A stretch of 64,000 nucleotides of DNA from Camelus dromedarius (Eukaryota), in assembly GCF_036321535.1 (NCBI RefSeq), contig NC_087436.1, forward strand, positions 116,872,001 through 116,936,000. Reading direction: 5' to 3'. The notes under the pieces were generated by a model. It was given only the letters and a program-made list of their open reading frames with translations, was not told the DNA's origin and made no database searches. Below, in pieces: positions 11,881 through 24,039 of the stretch (the first letter of the stretch is position 1; each line of letters opens with the position of its first letter). Made by a program: the position numbers and the translations under genes.

Positions 11881-11975
11881 ACTGTCAGCTCCCAGCCCTT
11901 ACACTCAGTGACTGGTCTTGGTCACAGTGTCTTCCGTCCTCTCTCCTGTCTGTTAACCAGTCATATCTGGGAGCT

Positions 11976-12377
11976 TGTATTAAGTGCTTAGGGCTGCTGT
12001 AACAAATAGACATTTATAGTATCACAGTTCTGGAGGCTAGCAATCAGCAGAGCCATGCTCCCTCTGAAATCTATAGGGGAGGATCCTTGCTTCTTTTCAG
12101 CTTCTGGTAGCCTGAGGCATTCCTTGGCTTGTGGCGGCATAACCCAAATTTTGGCTTGTCTTCACCTAGCCCTTTTCTCCCTGTGTCTCTGTGTCTTCTC
12201 TTAATCTCTTCTCTTAAGGACACCAATCATGTTGGATTAGGGCCCACCTAATGATCTCACTTTAACTACCTCTGCAAAGACCCTAGTTCCAATAAGGTCA
12301 CATTCACAGGTGTCAATTCCCATTCCCACGTACTGAATTTTAACATCTTTTGAGGGGACATAGTCCAGCCTACAACA
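11976..12377 (-). mobile_element. MLT1C-like MaLR LTR, near full length
   Basis: TGTATTAAG...TAGGGCTGCTGTAACAAA...CACAGTTCTGGAGGCTAG...AGGACACCAATCATGTTGGATTAGGGCCCACC...CTGCAAAGACCCTA...CAGCCTACAACA. Confidence 0.8.
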
Positions 12378-13879
12378 GAGGTGACCCACGGTTTACTGCG
12401 AAGGGATTTAGGCAAACTAAGCGAGAGGGTGGGGAAGAAGACATGAAGGGCAATCGTCAGTGTAGGAAATGTGCACTGGCTGACCGCCCTGAAATAACAT
12501 TTCTGGGTGAACTCTCCTGCATCAAAAGAGTTTTAGGGGACAACACTTCAACTTCAAGGGTTTCTACAGGAGTGGTTTCTATCCCTGCTTGGCCCTTTTC
12601 CAGGCTGTAAACACCCCATTTCCAGATCTTCCACAAAGCATTTTATCTCCCTGAATTTGGGCTTCTGAGAAGTATAAATCTGTCAGGGACTGTGCTAACC
12701 CTTGACCTGTTTTCTCTTGTTCAATGTTGACAACTGGCTTGTGGGGTAGGTCCTAGTCTTCACTGAATTTCACAAGGAAAACTGAGGTTCAGACAGGCTA
12801 GGGAGCAGGCTCACAGCTTGCGTGTGCGTGAGGTCGGATTTATAACCTGCTAGCTCTAACTCCAGAGAAACTTCCAGGAAACCCAGAGGTAGTCTTTCAG
12901 CAGTTCTGTGTGACTCAAGAGGGCAGAACTATACTGCATGAGTGGAAGTTACAAGGAGAGGCAACGATTTGGGATAAATTTCAGGAAACAAATCTCTAAT
13001 CCTTAGAATTAACAGGTTTTCTTGATTTGGCTTCTTTTGCCACCGAGACTTCCAGGCAGTGACCAGTTTGGATTCTCAATGCCCTTCCCAAACCCACCTG
13101 ACTCCTGAGGCTTTGAACTCTCTGCCCCATTCTCTCTGATACGAACTGGACATAAATGTGTTTTTCTGAGAAGAGGTGCACTAGCTTCTCTGAGCCCCAG
13201 GAAACAACAGGAGCAGGGGGCTCCCTTATCAGGAGTAAGTACCTCGCATAGAACAGGGGGGAGGAAGAACTGCTGATGGTGGTCTCTCTCTGGGATGGCA
13301 TTCTCTCTGCCCAACTCTTGCTATCTTAGTGGTGGGCGTGCTTGCCCGCTGCTGGTCCCGAAGCTGGCATTGTCTTCCCGAAGTTCACTTCTCCATGTTG
13401 AATAATTGTCCCAGCCCCGCATCTCCTTCCTGCATCCGGGCCGATGTCCACGCGCCCCGACCTCTGACCTCCAACAGGAAGGTGTTGGAAAGCAGCCTTG
13501 CCCCTTCCGGCGCTTTGAAATAAACTCTTAGCTGTTATTCCTGGAGAAACTTGGATTCCCGGTGACGCTGCTCCCCTGCCACAATCTGCTCGTAATAGGG
13601 AGAAATTGTATTGTGTGGGGAGCCGCATCCGAGTCACTGATTATAGGGACTCTAGCAATATAGTTCCCTTCTTTCTTAGAGAGGGGTCTATTCGAGGTAT
13701 ATCTTCCTTGTGTAAGGTTAGAAGGTTCCCCCTACACAGTACTGCAGTCCGAGAAACAGGAAAAAACACTGGCATTAGATTCGCTTACTCCATCTCCAGG
13801 CTTTCCCCAAATCACTGTCTGGTCTGCCCCTCGAAACAACCTACGTGTTAAATGAGGCTCTGAGCTCCAGGTCTGATCT

Positions 13880-14010
13880 TCCTCACTTTCAGAAATGAAA
13901 ATTTTGAGACACCGAGAGATCAGGGGCCTTTCTTGCCCAAGGACCCGCAGCTAGGATGCAAGAGTCGGGATTCGAACCTGGCCTTCAAGGCCATTTCCTT
14001 GACTGCTGCT
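13880..14010 (-). mobile_element. MIR fragment upstream of the ZNF518B promoter
   Basis: CTTGCCCAAGGACCCGCAGCTAG...GAGTCGGGATTCGAACCTGG. Confidence 0.65.
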
Positions 14011-14429
14011 TTCAGAAGAAAGAATTTGGACGCTGAAGACTGAGCTCCTTTTCTGCTCCTGGACTTAAAGCTCCCCGAGGGCGGAGGGCCAAGGCGCCCT
14101 CGGCTTGGACCTAGCGCGGCCACACAGCTGGGGCCCACGACCGGTCTGCTGGGCCAACAATGGAAGCAGAGTCAATTCTTCTTCGGGGAGGCTCCTGGAG
14201 CTTGCGGGCATCCGGGCTAAGCACGGACACTGCACGCAGTAGACGTGGACGCGTCGGGTCGAGCTCTAAGTCCAAGACCAGGGCTCGGCGGGGCTTTCGC
14301 CTCCGCGCAGCGTGGAGACCCGGCGGGGGCGGGCGCAGCCTTAGGGACCTCGGACGCCCGCCGCGCTGCAGCCGAGCCTCCGCGCAGCACTGCGCAGGCG
14401 CGGAGCCGGCCGGGCTCCGCCCCCGGAGT

Positions 14430-14530
14430 AGGGACCTACAGCGGGCGCGGCGGCGGCGGCGGCGGCGGTGGCGGCGGCTTGAGGCGGGCGGTGTAGACGC
14501 CCCTTCCCGGGACCCGGACCGGCCGGCCGG
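14430..14530 (+). other. ZNF518B: Probable non-coding exon 1 of ZNF518B (TSS approximate)
   Basis: Donor CGG|GTGAGT at 14531, just downstream of the NRF1/GC-box motifs and followed by intronic G-runs. Confidence 0.65.
14448..14477 (+). repeat. (CGG)7 TGG (CGG)2 interrupted trinucleotide repeat in the probable 5' UTR
   Basis: Counted directly. Confidence 0.95.
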
Positions 14531-17155
14531 GTGAGTGGCTGAGCGGGAGGACGACGGCGCCGGGTCCGCGTGCCCGGGGCGGGCGGGGCCGGGGTGCGGA
14601 GGGGTGCCGCGGGGCCGCGCGGGGCAGGAGCCGGACGACGAGGCCGCGCCGGGGCCGGCAGCCGGCGCCGGGTGGTGCGGGCCGCGGCCCCGCGTGCCCG
14701 AGCCGCCGGCCGGCGTCGTGGCGGGAGGCCTCGGGGCAGACGGGACGGGGCCGCGGGCCCCGGGCTGGGTGCGGGGGAAGGGGCGGCGGGCCCCGGGAGA
14801 GGGGAGGGGAGGGGAGGGCGGGGGGCGCCGGGCGGGGTGGGGGGAGGGGGCGCGGGGCCGGGCGGGGCGGGCGGGGCGGGAAGCGCAGAGCCCGGGGCCA
14901 GGGGTGGCGGGGGCTGCGAGTCCGGCGCCCCCCGGCCCGCCCGCCCGCCTGCCTTTGTGCAGCCACCGCGACCCTCACACGCGCCCCGAACGCTCTGGGT
15001 CGCGACCCTCGGCGGCGGCGGTCGGGCTGCGGGGCGACTGGAGTGGAGCCGCCGGGCCCGGCCTCCTCCGCCCGCCCCCGGCGTTTTAAATGATGCAGCT
15101 CCCGGGAGAGTTCCTACCGGTCGGCTGCGAGCAGGAAGTGTCGTCAGGAGGCCATTTTTAAAGCCTCCTGCGGGCCTCGGAGGTAAGCGTTGACGTGTTG
15201 GGTTTTCAGTAGTTAGACGAGAGCTCTGCGACCCCTGGAGGGGCCCGGACGTCCCCCGGGAGACAAGGATGTAACCCCATTGTCCCCGCGCCTCCCCTTC
15301 TAGCCGCCGCGCTGTGAGATGTAGACTCGCCTTGGAAACTGTGTCCCGTCGGTGTGAGTGTGCCAACAATAAACTTGAAAACCGGACTGGCATTGTCTTT
15401 CCTTGGGAGTTTTGGGGCAGGTGCCCAGGGATGGGCTTGTCCGTCGAGGACCTGTGCATCTTTTTGCTGGAGAGGGGCTAAGGGGAGGGCCGATGATGAA
15501 GGTTTGACTCATTCTGAATGCTGATGTCACTCTTTGTGGGAGCTCCCCCGTCCCAGCTGCCCTTTTCTCTGGTTGCGTTGGGGTCGTTGGGCAGTTTAAG
15601 GTTAGGAAACAACGCAGGGTGCAAAAGAATGAAAATGCCTTAATCGGAAAGGGAAAGCCAAGGAGAGGATGAACACGTAAGTTCCTCTGTGTGCTTTGAG
15701 TGTATCCCGTTAAAATATCCTTGATTTTAAAAACTGGAATGATGAACGATTTACCAAGCCAGCGTTAAAAAATAAAAAATGAAATGATGAGCCCTCTGTC
15801 CTGCTTAAAAATAAACGTCTACACAGCTCAGCTATAATGTGTTAGAACCCTTAAACTGTGTCCCTTAAGTTTAGAATTGAAGTCACCAGGAGAGAGAGAA
15901 AACCAAGGTCTCCAGGAGCCTGTAGAAAAGCAGAGAAACAGAACAGGAATGTATTCTTTGTCTGTACCTGAATCTGGTGTGTGAGGTTCATTCCAGCCCA
16001 CGATGTGTGTACACAGCAGGCAATACTGGCCCAGCAAATCGTTGTTTAAAAACCATCATTGTAATATCATATCATCTGTTCAGGTAGAATACAAATGTTT
16101 GGCTTTTTTGAATTGTATTGATGTAATCTTTAACCGAGGATGCCTTATTTTGGTTGGTTTTTTTTTAAATCTTGGATCTAACGGCCTTGAAAAATAACAC
16201 TTCTGTATGTATCCAGTTCTATTGTGCTGATAAACGTTCATTGCAGATGCATTCTGAAAACAGACAAAGGAGGACGTTATTTTATTTATTGGGCCTCCTC
16301 CCTGATGTGTCATGCCAAACTAATGTAGATTTTTAAAATCCAGTAATAGCAATTGAAAAAAAAAAACAAACAAACATCTATCTCTCTTGGTTGGTTTGTT
16401 TTAAAGTAAGAGGATCTGGGCCAGTTTAGGAGTAAGGGGGAAAACAAAACGTTGTTACTATTGTCACCACAAAGGCTGACATTTCTTTCGTTCATTGACT
16501 CATCCATTCAGCCCCTACGTGTAGAGTGCCTTCTGTGACCAAGCCCTGTGCTGTTGACCGCGATAAACGAGGTCCTCACCAGTGAGGTTTCCTCTGCCTT
16601 GATTGTTCTCAAGCTGCTTGGCGTAGACTGCATTTTCTTTGTTCACATACACAAACTCAGCCAGCTGCAGTTTCCAGGATCCATCCTTGGAGCAGAAGTG
16701 GCTGGAGACCATTTGATGCAGACATGCTTATCATAGGGTGGGGAGTGGGGAGGCATCAGAATAACCTGGGAGGAGTTTGAAACCACATGCCTGAGCCCAC
16801 CCCAGGAAAAGGACAGTCTAACTCATTCATTCACCTGAGTCCAGGGAAGCCTTTTTTTTTTTTTTTTTCATTTTAGACTCCTTCACTTAATAAAGGCTTT
16901 GGGGGGCTTATTCCCCTTATTTTCCAGAAGAAAAGTACCTGGAGAAAGCAAGGCTATACAGGCCCAGGACTCAACCCCCAGTGTCTGGCTTCTGTTGCAG
17001 GGCCCTCTGCCGTGCCTCGCTGCCTCTCAGGGTTCTGAGCTTGGAACCCTGTGCCAGGGCCTGATGTTGAGACCGGATGGGACTCGGTGCCTGGGAAGAG
17101 GCCCGACAGAGAAGGAAGAGCCCGTGGGACTCACCATGCGTTTGACTCACATCAG

Positions 17156-17334
17156 CAGCTCGGTGGCTCCAGGCAGGAAGTCAGAACAGTGCCCGAGTGG
17201 CAGCCGACGGCTGTGACTTCAGTGCACAGTGTCACAGCAGGGTAGCAGAATACACAGAACTTAGACTAGACGCCAGCTGACCAACTCCATAACCGTAGAA
17301 AAGCCACAGTTTCTCCAGATCTTACAAGAAGCAG
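17156..17334 (+). other. ZNF518B: Probable non-coding exon 2 of ZNF518B (donor confident, acceptor uncertain)
   Basis: Perfect consensus donor CAG|GTAAGT at 17335. Candidate acceptors: CAGCAG (17153-17158), CTCTCAG (ends 17030), TTGCAG (ends 17000). Confidence 0.5.
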
Positions 17335-17839
17335 GTAAGTGAAGGTGTACTTTGAGGAGTGATGGAGGTAATGTATGAATCTACCTCCTTCCACCTGACT
17401 TGGGCCAGGGTGCTCCAGGATTGACAACTCAGCCAGCCACTGACAGCATCCTGATCAGGTCACTAGTGCAGCGTTCACCACTTCACTGAAACCATTTCTT
17501 TCCGGCTCCTTTTACTACTCTGTAAACAAGCAAGACTGAGAAAACCAGCCTTTGGCAGGTGCCGGGGTCAGCAGTCCTGGGTCACGCTCATTGTACTCAC
17601 CCTGCCGGGCACATTTACGTTTCTAAGACTAAAAAGTGGTTCCTGTACTTACACTCTGGAGCGCATCAGTGATGTTGTTTCCAAGGTCAGATGGCTAATA
17701 AACAAGGGTAGGACCCAGAGTCTACCTGCCTGGTCTTACCATTGCAGTTCATGGCATGGGCCTTGCCCCACCTCCAGGCGCCCGTGGCACGGGGGCGTTG
17801 ATACTACTGTCATTCCCTGTGTGCTCCTCTGCACCTCTA

Positions 17840-18083
17840 GTGTCTGGTGGTTGGTCACAACCTTGGCTGAACACTAGACCCACCTGGGAAGCTTTTAAAA
17901 CACCCAAAGCCTCCCCCAGCACACAGTGAGGCCCAGACATGATTATTTGTACAGCTCCCCTGGTGAATCTGGTGTGTGGCAGGGTGACCAAACATCCTAG
18001 GGACCTCTTTATGTAAGCTTAACATGCTGGTTATATTGTGATAGGTTGATTACCCTAATGCAGCCAAGGTTAAGAATCACTGG
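17840..18083. mobile_element. MER5A-like hAT-Charlie element interrupted by a small hAT-Blackjack-like MITE (17980-18057)
   Basis: MER5A motifs: CACCTGGGAAGCTTTTAAAA, CAGCTCCCCTGGTGAATCTG, GCAGCCAAGGTTAAGAATCACTG. Insert termini: CAGGGTGACCA and TGATTACCCTA. Confidence 0.6.
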
Positions 18084-18744
18084 TTTAGTGGGAGATAATT
18101 CTCCTTTGTATAATTATACTTTCTATTAAACTTTCACTCCATTTCTTCTACAAAATTCTGATTTTAAGGCAAAAAGGAGGGGAGTACAGAAATGTATTTG
18201 GCCTCCTCCTTTATCATCTTTGGAGACCTGGAGTCACTGGGAGTGTTTAATGACACAGAGTGTCATGCTTGTAGCGCTGCTTTATTTTTACCCTTTTTAA
18301 TGCAAACGAGCATATTTGCCTCAACACTTTTTCCTCGTATAGAACCGTAACTTTTAGACTTTAAAGGCTCTAGCACTAGTCATACAGTCTTTAGAAATGT
18401 TGTCTCTTAAACTGTTTTTAAAAAAACTGTATAAAGTCCTTTGTTTTCCAGTGTAGCCTCAATTCATGTGCTCAGCAGTGTGCTCCACAGTGCCCAGCCA
18501 TCCCAGGATCTCTCCTTGGTAGCCTGAAGGGTGGGGCGGGATGACCCCCTTCCCCAGCCATGGAACTCAGCCTGAGGCCTTGTTCTCACTCAGCTCGTTT
18601 GTGAAGCTGAGATTACTGGGCTCTTGTACATTTGAAGGAATCTTAAACAGGAATACATTGACTTATTTCCTGACAAAACACGCAGTTTGCCAAGCATAAG
18701 GTTACCTGCTATTTGCATGTACCATCTCCCCACACCGGCCATGT

Positions 18745-18900
18745 AAATCAGGCATTATTCCCATTTTACAAGTGAGGAAACTCAGGCTCAGAGAGGAGCT
18801 AGCAAGCCCAGAATGACACAGGTGTTAAGTCAGAAACCCAGGTTTTGAACCTCGTTCCTGATACCCCAAGGTGATTACGCTTTCCGCTCCGCTGCACTTG
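18745..18900 (-). mobile_element. MIR
   Basis: ATTATTCCCATTTTACAAGTGAGGAAACTCAGGCTCAGAGAGG is the canonical MIR core. Confidence 0.8.
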
Positions 18901-19429
18901 TCACCTGGAAAGCAGAGGAGTCAGAACAGGGGCTGTCTTGTCCAGCCTTCTTACCCCAGTCTGTGCCCCAAATAATACACTTAGTTTCAGAAGGAAAGCT
19001 AGAGTCCCAAAGATGTCCAAATGTTCATCAGCAACATTTGGAAGTGTTTTTAGCCATTAAGATGGCTGTCAATTTTCAGTTCAGTCATGGCTGACTGCAA
19101 GGTAGATTCACAAGAAGAAAATAATACTTCATTGATGTTTTTCATTGTTTAGATCTATTTACCACTCAGTGGCAATTCTTATTCTTCGCAATTGTCTGAA
19201 AAAGTTCTTGGCTGAGTCAGGCAGCAGTTTGTTCTTAAATACTAGCTTACTGGGGAAGTATTGGCAGTTTACATTCCTAACGTTGGATTTTTTTTTTTTT
19301 TCCCTCTGATCGGGTATTACTCGGTTACAAGCTACTGGTCACCTGGGAGTTGAGTGTTTTAAATTTTTCGTTATTGGGAGATGTTAGACTAGTCTTTGCT
19401 ATGGCTAAATAGACCAGAGGAGCTGATAC

Positions 19430-19625
19430 AGTTTGGGAGCACATGTGCCACTGGGCTGAGGGCTTTGCATACATTATTCTAGTTTGCTTCTCCTAATTAC
19501 CCTTTAAGTTAATGGTATTAAAGCCTCTTTCCTTGCCTGACAGTAAGTGGGGAGAACTCCTATGTGTAAGGACGCAGCAAATAAGGGACAGAGTCAGAGT
19601 TCGAGCTGCAAAGCTGCCCGCTCCG
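19430..19625 (-). mobile_element. MIR (diverged)
   Basis: TGGGAGCACATGTGCCACTGGGCTGAGGGCTTTGCATACATTATT...GACAGAGTCAGAGTTCGAGC. Confidence 0.5.
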
Positions 19626-20309
19626 TTCCCTGTGCTCCTCAGGGAGAGCAGCCATTCCTGCCCCAGCAGTGGAGGTGATAGAAGCCGCCGTGAAAAGGTT
19701 TCTGGAAGAGCTTCCTACGTTTGCATCTCCATCCAAAAGAGGACGCTGTCGGGCAGCTAGAACTTAACTGAGTTCGGTGGGCCTCTTGTGAACAGAAATG
19801 TATGTGGTGAGCCATGTGGCACTCATGTGACTTAATTGCCAAGCCCCTTTCTGTTTTTTTTTTTGACTTTTCACATTAACATCTGGCATGGGAACACATT
19901 CGTTTGCTACAGGGATAATTCACAATTCAGCTGGGCTTGGAGAATAAAAGGTAGGTCAGTAACTAGAGTGTATGTAAACCTGAGTTGTCACGAGCGCTCT
20001 TGGAGTTGAAGCATCTTTTCCATGGGGATTAGAAGCACCTTGGCCCCTCTGCCTCTAAGGTAAGGTGGCTGGTTTTGTTCCAGAGGTGAATTGTGTTTAG
20101 ACTGTACAGCTAGGCAACTATGATTACAATTATGAAATGAGGTTCAGTGTATATTCCAGAAAGAGGCGATGCCAGGCAGCAAAGAAGCCTATATGTTAGC
20201 CCCTTTGACTACTTATGGAATAGGCATAATTTCTTCTATTTTCTTCATGAAAAAAAGAAAACGGTATTTTTAACAGTTTGTGATATGTGTGTAACCTACC
20301 TACGCACTT

Positions 20310-20480
20310 CAGTCACCTTGTCACACTTAGTCCCCATGACAGCCCTGTGAGGTGGGTGCCCCTACCGTCTGTTTTGGAGATGAGGATTCACGCGGTTTGC
20401 TCCTTGCCAGACACCTGAAAGGGATGGGACTGGGCTTTGAAACCCTGTAATCTGATTCCAGAGTCTAGCTGTAAACACTG
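20310..20480 (-). mobile_element. MIR (diverged)
   Basis: ACAGCCCTGTGAGGTGGG...TTTTGGAGATGAGGA...TCTGATTCCAGAGTC. Confidence 0.55.
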
Positions 20481-22469
20481 TTTGCAGCTTGTTTCTGTTC
20501 TAATTCTGTTGAGCATTTGACATTGCCAGTATTTAGAAGTCAGATGCTTCCTTTTAATAAGACCCTCACACAGCCTTCGTGGCTTTTATAGCCTCAATGT
20601 CAGTAAACTGATTGCTGTCAAACTCAACATGTTTCTCCGTTAGTCCCCATGATAAATTTTTGAGAGACCAGGTCAAGTGAGCTCAAGGTCAGAAGGAAAC
20701 CCCACCAGCAGCGGACGCTGCCCTCAGGCTTTTCCCCCGGGAAAAGATGAGACTCCGTCTAGAGGAAGTATGTTTGTCACACACCTGGCCCCTCCTCTCT
20801 GGTGTGTGGAAGTTGTCTTTGTCTGATGCTGTGGATAATTCTGCATTAAAAAGCTCACTGTTCCTATTTAAAAACAACATTAAGTAGCTATTTTATTTAT
20901 TATATCCAAAGTTAATAATGCTAGGTATTTTCTGTGTTTTTGAGAACCTTCCTAAGTTATCCAAAAAAATGTTTCTAGTCCAAGGAGGTCAAAGGCACCG
21001 GTTTTGTAACCAGTGTTGTGAGTTTAGAAGGTAGGCAGACATTTCATTGATAGGGATTTTAATAGTGATTGATTTGTGCCCTCTCAGCGTTTGGTGCGCA
21101 CAGGGCCTTCATCTACAGTGTTTTATATAATCCTTGGTCATCAGCCTACTGGGCAATAATCTGCCAAGAGGATCCGGCTTCACAGGTGGTTGTACCTGAA
21201 TATGAACGAGGTAGAGAAAGTCGCAAGGAGGGAACGGGGGCTTGGGCACCCGTGACTCAGGTGTGCTCGGAACAGCCTCAGGAGTGTCCAGGTGTAAATG
21301 CTAATGGCAGAGCCGTCTGCGCTTTCCCCTGCCACGGCGTCCGTTTACCTCTGTCTCAGGGTGCGCCATCGGAGGTCATTTCCCTCCGTGACTAGCTACA
21401 CCAGTTGCAGTGGCCAGAGAACTTTGCTTGGTTTAAAGAAGCCTGCCATCTTTGTCACCTGGACAGAGGGGAAGTACCAATGTAGAAATGTTAGAAATGT
21501 TGCATTATTGTGCAAATGGTTTAGAAGCCAAGACAGTGCTTTCAAACAGGTGACCTCCCTGGGTCATGGCCTAGGTGTCTTTCCTCCCCATCAAGCTGTA
21601 TTTGTGAATCACAGCCTCGGTCCTCATACTGGCACTTGCTTCTGTGGATTCTTAATCCAGAATACCCACTGAGATGGTTTTGCAGAAGTACCTGCAGGAG
21701 TGCTCTGCATTCCTTAGTCACCAGAGCAGGCTTGGTTCATTCTCTGGACTTCTCCTCCAGCAGAATGCTTTCCACTTCTTGCTAAGGTATATGATCTTAT
21801 CATCCAGTCTGTCAGATTTCAGGGCTTCAGTTCTAGGAGGAATGGCACCTCCAAGTTTTAAGAGGACTCGAAGAGAAAATGGCAAAACTGCCTCCTGTGA
21901 TTTTTCAGGAATCTTGGAAGCTGGGAAAGGTGCTAGAAAACTTAAAGTGCACAAATGGAATCTTGGTTTGGATGATTCTTCAGTTATCTCGTCACATGAT
22001 TTGAGAATTTCTTACGATTAATATATAAGGTGTTACGGTGAAAGAGTTGGTAGCAGGTTATACCAGGCAAGTAAGTTATTTTCTTCCCTCCCCCTCTTTT
22101 TTCCCTTCCTCCCTCTTGTCCTCTTTCTTTTCCTCCTCTGCTTTCTTTCTCTCTCTCATAGGATTATGAGGCTGGTAGGTGAGAGGTGTGCGTGTGGACT
22201 GATAATGCACATCTTCTGAACAGAACTGAGACTGGATGAGAGAAGAGAGGAGCAGGTTCATGGCTGGTCTGTCGGGGCTTAAGGTTGGTAGCTCCAAGGT
22301 CAAGGTATAAGAAAGTAACAAGGAGGTTGGTTTCAGTTTTATTTAGCGGTAAATTGTGGACGAGAGCTATGTGAAAATAAAGTGAGGTTTAGGGGTTTTG
22401 TTCATGGCAATGTTAGAGCATCAGCTGGTGAAGTTGTTTTAAAGGATTGAAGTGTTGCTAGAAGTTGCA

Positions 22470-22648
22470 GCCAGTGATCTCTAATACTGGCTTTTCAGCA
22501 GAATTATGTGGAGTGCTTTCACAAACCGCAGATGTCTCTTCCCCTTCCCTCTCCCTGCTGAGACTTAGATTCACGAGCTTTGGGATGAAGCCTAGGAATG
22601 TCTCTTAGCTGTGATTCCGAGGCCCCTCCGGATTCAGGAACCACTGGA
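22470..22648. mobile_element. MER5A/B-like hAT-Charlie element
   Basis: Termini CAGTGATCTC...GAACCACTG. Internal CAGAATTATGTGGAGTGCTT and GATGAAGCCTAGGAAT. Confidence 0.55.
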
Positions 22649-24039
22649 CCAGATCTCCTTAAATCCCCTTTCAGCCTCTGTGTTCCTCTGGCTAGAGGTT
22701 TTCTAGGCTCGGGTTGCAGCCATCACTTCCTCTGTTTTAACTGGATGGAAGTGCCAGCATGCACACGTTAGCGGTAGTGGCTTTCTTACATGATGAAAAG
22801 TCTGCAGTCATATAGGTGAGCATAGATGAGTGAGTGGATACAAATGGGCAGCTTGCTTGAGGTCACTTGGATGAGTAGCAGGAGCTCAGGGTGTCACGTC
22901 TGTCCCCCTTCACCAAAGCCAGTTTACAGATCCGGAAAATAAAGTGCCTGTGACGCGTCTGAAAGCCTTTCTGCTGTATGTCCCAGGAGTGCAGTGGGAA
23001 GTGGACGTCTTGTCTCTGCCCGTGCCCATCAGTGTGCAGGGCGGCAGCTGTGGGTCCTGTCCTGTCCACAGCCCCCTCACGCAGGTGTGTGTTTGAACAC
23101 TGAGGGGCCGGATAGCACCTCGCAAGCCCCCGGGCCCCTGCCCGCTTGTGTACGTGCACACTCAGGCCGGGGTGGCTCTGCCTGAGCCCCTGGATGCCTG
23201 ACTGTGCTGGGAGTCACTTTTGAAAGGAGGCAACTGTCTTGCAAAAGCGAAATAGGGAAAGATGCTGTTGCAAAAGAAAATAAAGCTTGTTATCAAATGT
23301 GATATGTTCTTATGGTGCTTTCCAAACATGCTTTTAAAGGCAGGTTTCATGCTAGATCTGAATGTGCTGTCGTTTCCACAGTAAGACCTTCTGCTCCCCC
23401 AGGTCGGCCTTTCAGACTTACTTTGTGTGGCTCTTGGCCTGTTAGCAGGTCCCAGAAGGGGGCTGCCCGCTCCCCAGTGAGGAGCTGCCCGTGAGGCTGT
23501 GCCTCTCGGCACTGAGGGAAGCACTGTAAACTTTCACAGGTGTTGCTTTGCGCTCCAGTGCTCGGTCATCGTGGCTGCACTGCGGAAGAAGCTGGCTACG
23601 TGTCCTCAACTCTGACTGCCAGATGGAAAAACAGGCTCAAAAGATTCAAAAGGTTTTTTTTTCCTAAGGTCATGAAAGAAAGGCTCTTAGCAGATCCCAA
23701 GCTAGAGAGGTTTTTGTTTAGCTCCTAGCTCTGTGTATTCTGAAAAAGGAATGTGTATTTAAAGACAATTAACTACATCTGTGTAAAAATTAGCCACTGT
23801 ATTAGACATACTGTTGTACTTGCTGTAGAAAACAGGCCACCTTCCTGTCCCACCTGGGTCCCCTCCTCAGTCGTTTCACACTCACACACTCCTGTCCTTG
23901 TGGCTGCTGGAGGCGCTGGTTGGAACAGAAGTCAGATCATGTCCCGTAGCTGCTCCAGGCGCTGCCCGGTTCTTTTCGTCACGTAGAGGAAAAGCCCCAT
24001 CCTTGTGATGCTGTGATACAGAGCCGTCCTTGACCGGTC

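Larger units (their letters stand above)
14040..15360 (+). promoter_or_regulatory. ZNF518B: ZNF518B CpG-island promoter
   Basis: About 1.3 kb of extreme GC/CpG, 11 kb upstream of the ORF. NRF1-like TGCGCAGGCGCG at 14391-14402, GC box GGCTCCGCCCC at 14413-14423, no TATA box. Strong G-skew downstream fits + strand transcription. Confidence 0.9.

Noticed and set aside
14160..15459. Long overlapping ORFs on both strands (up to 372 aa) in the promoter island
   Set aside because: Pro/Ala/Gly/Arg low-complexity products expected from stop-codon scarcity in GC-rich DNA, with no recognisable domains.
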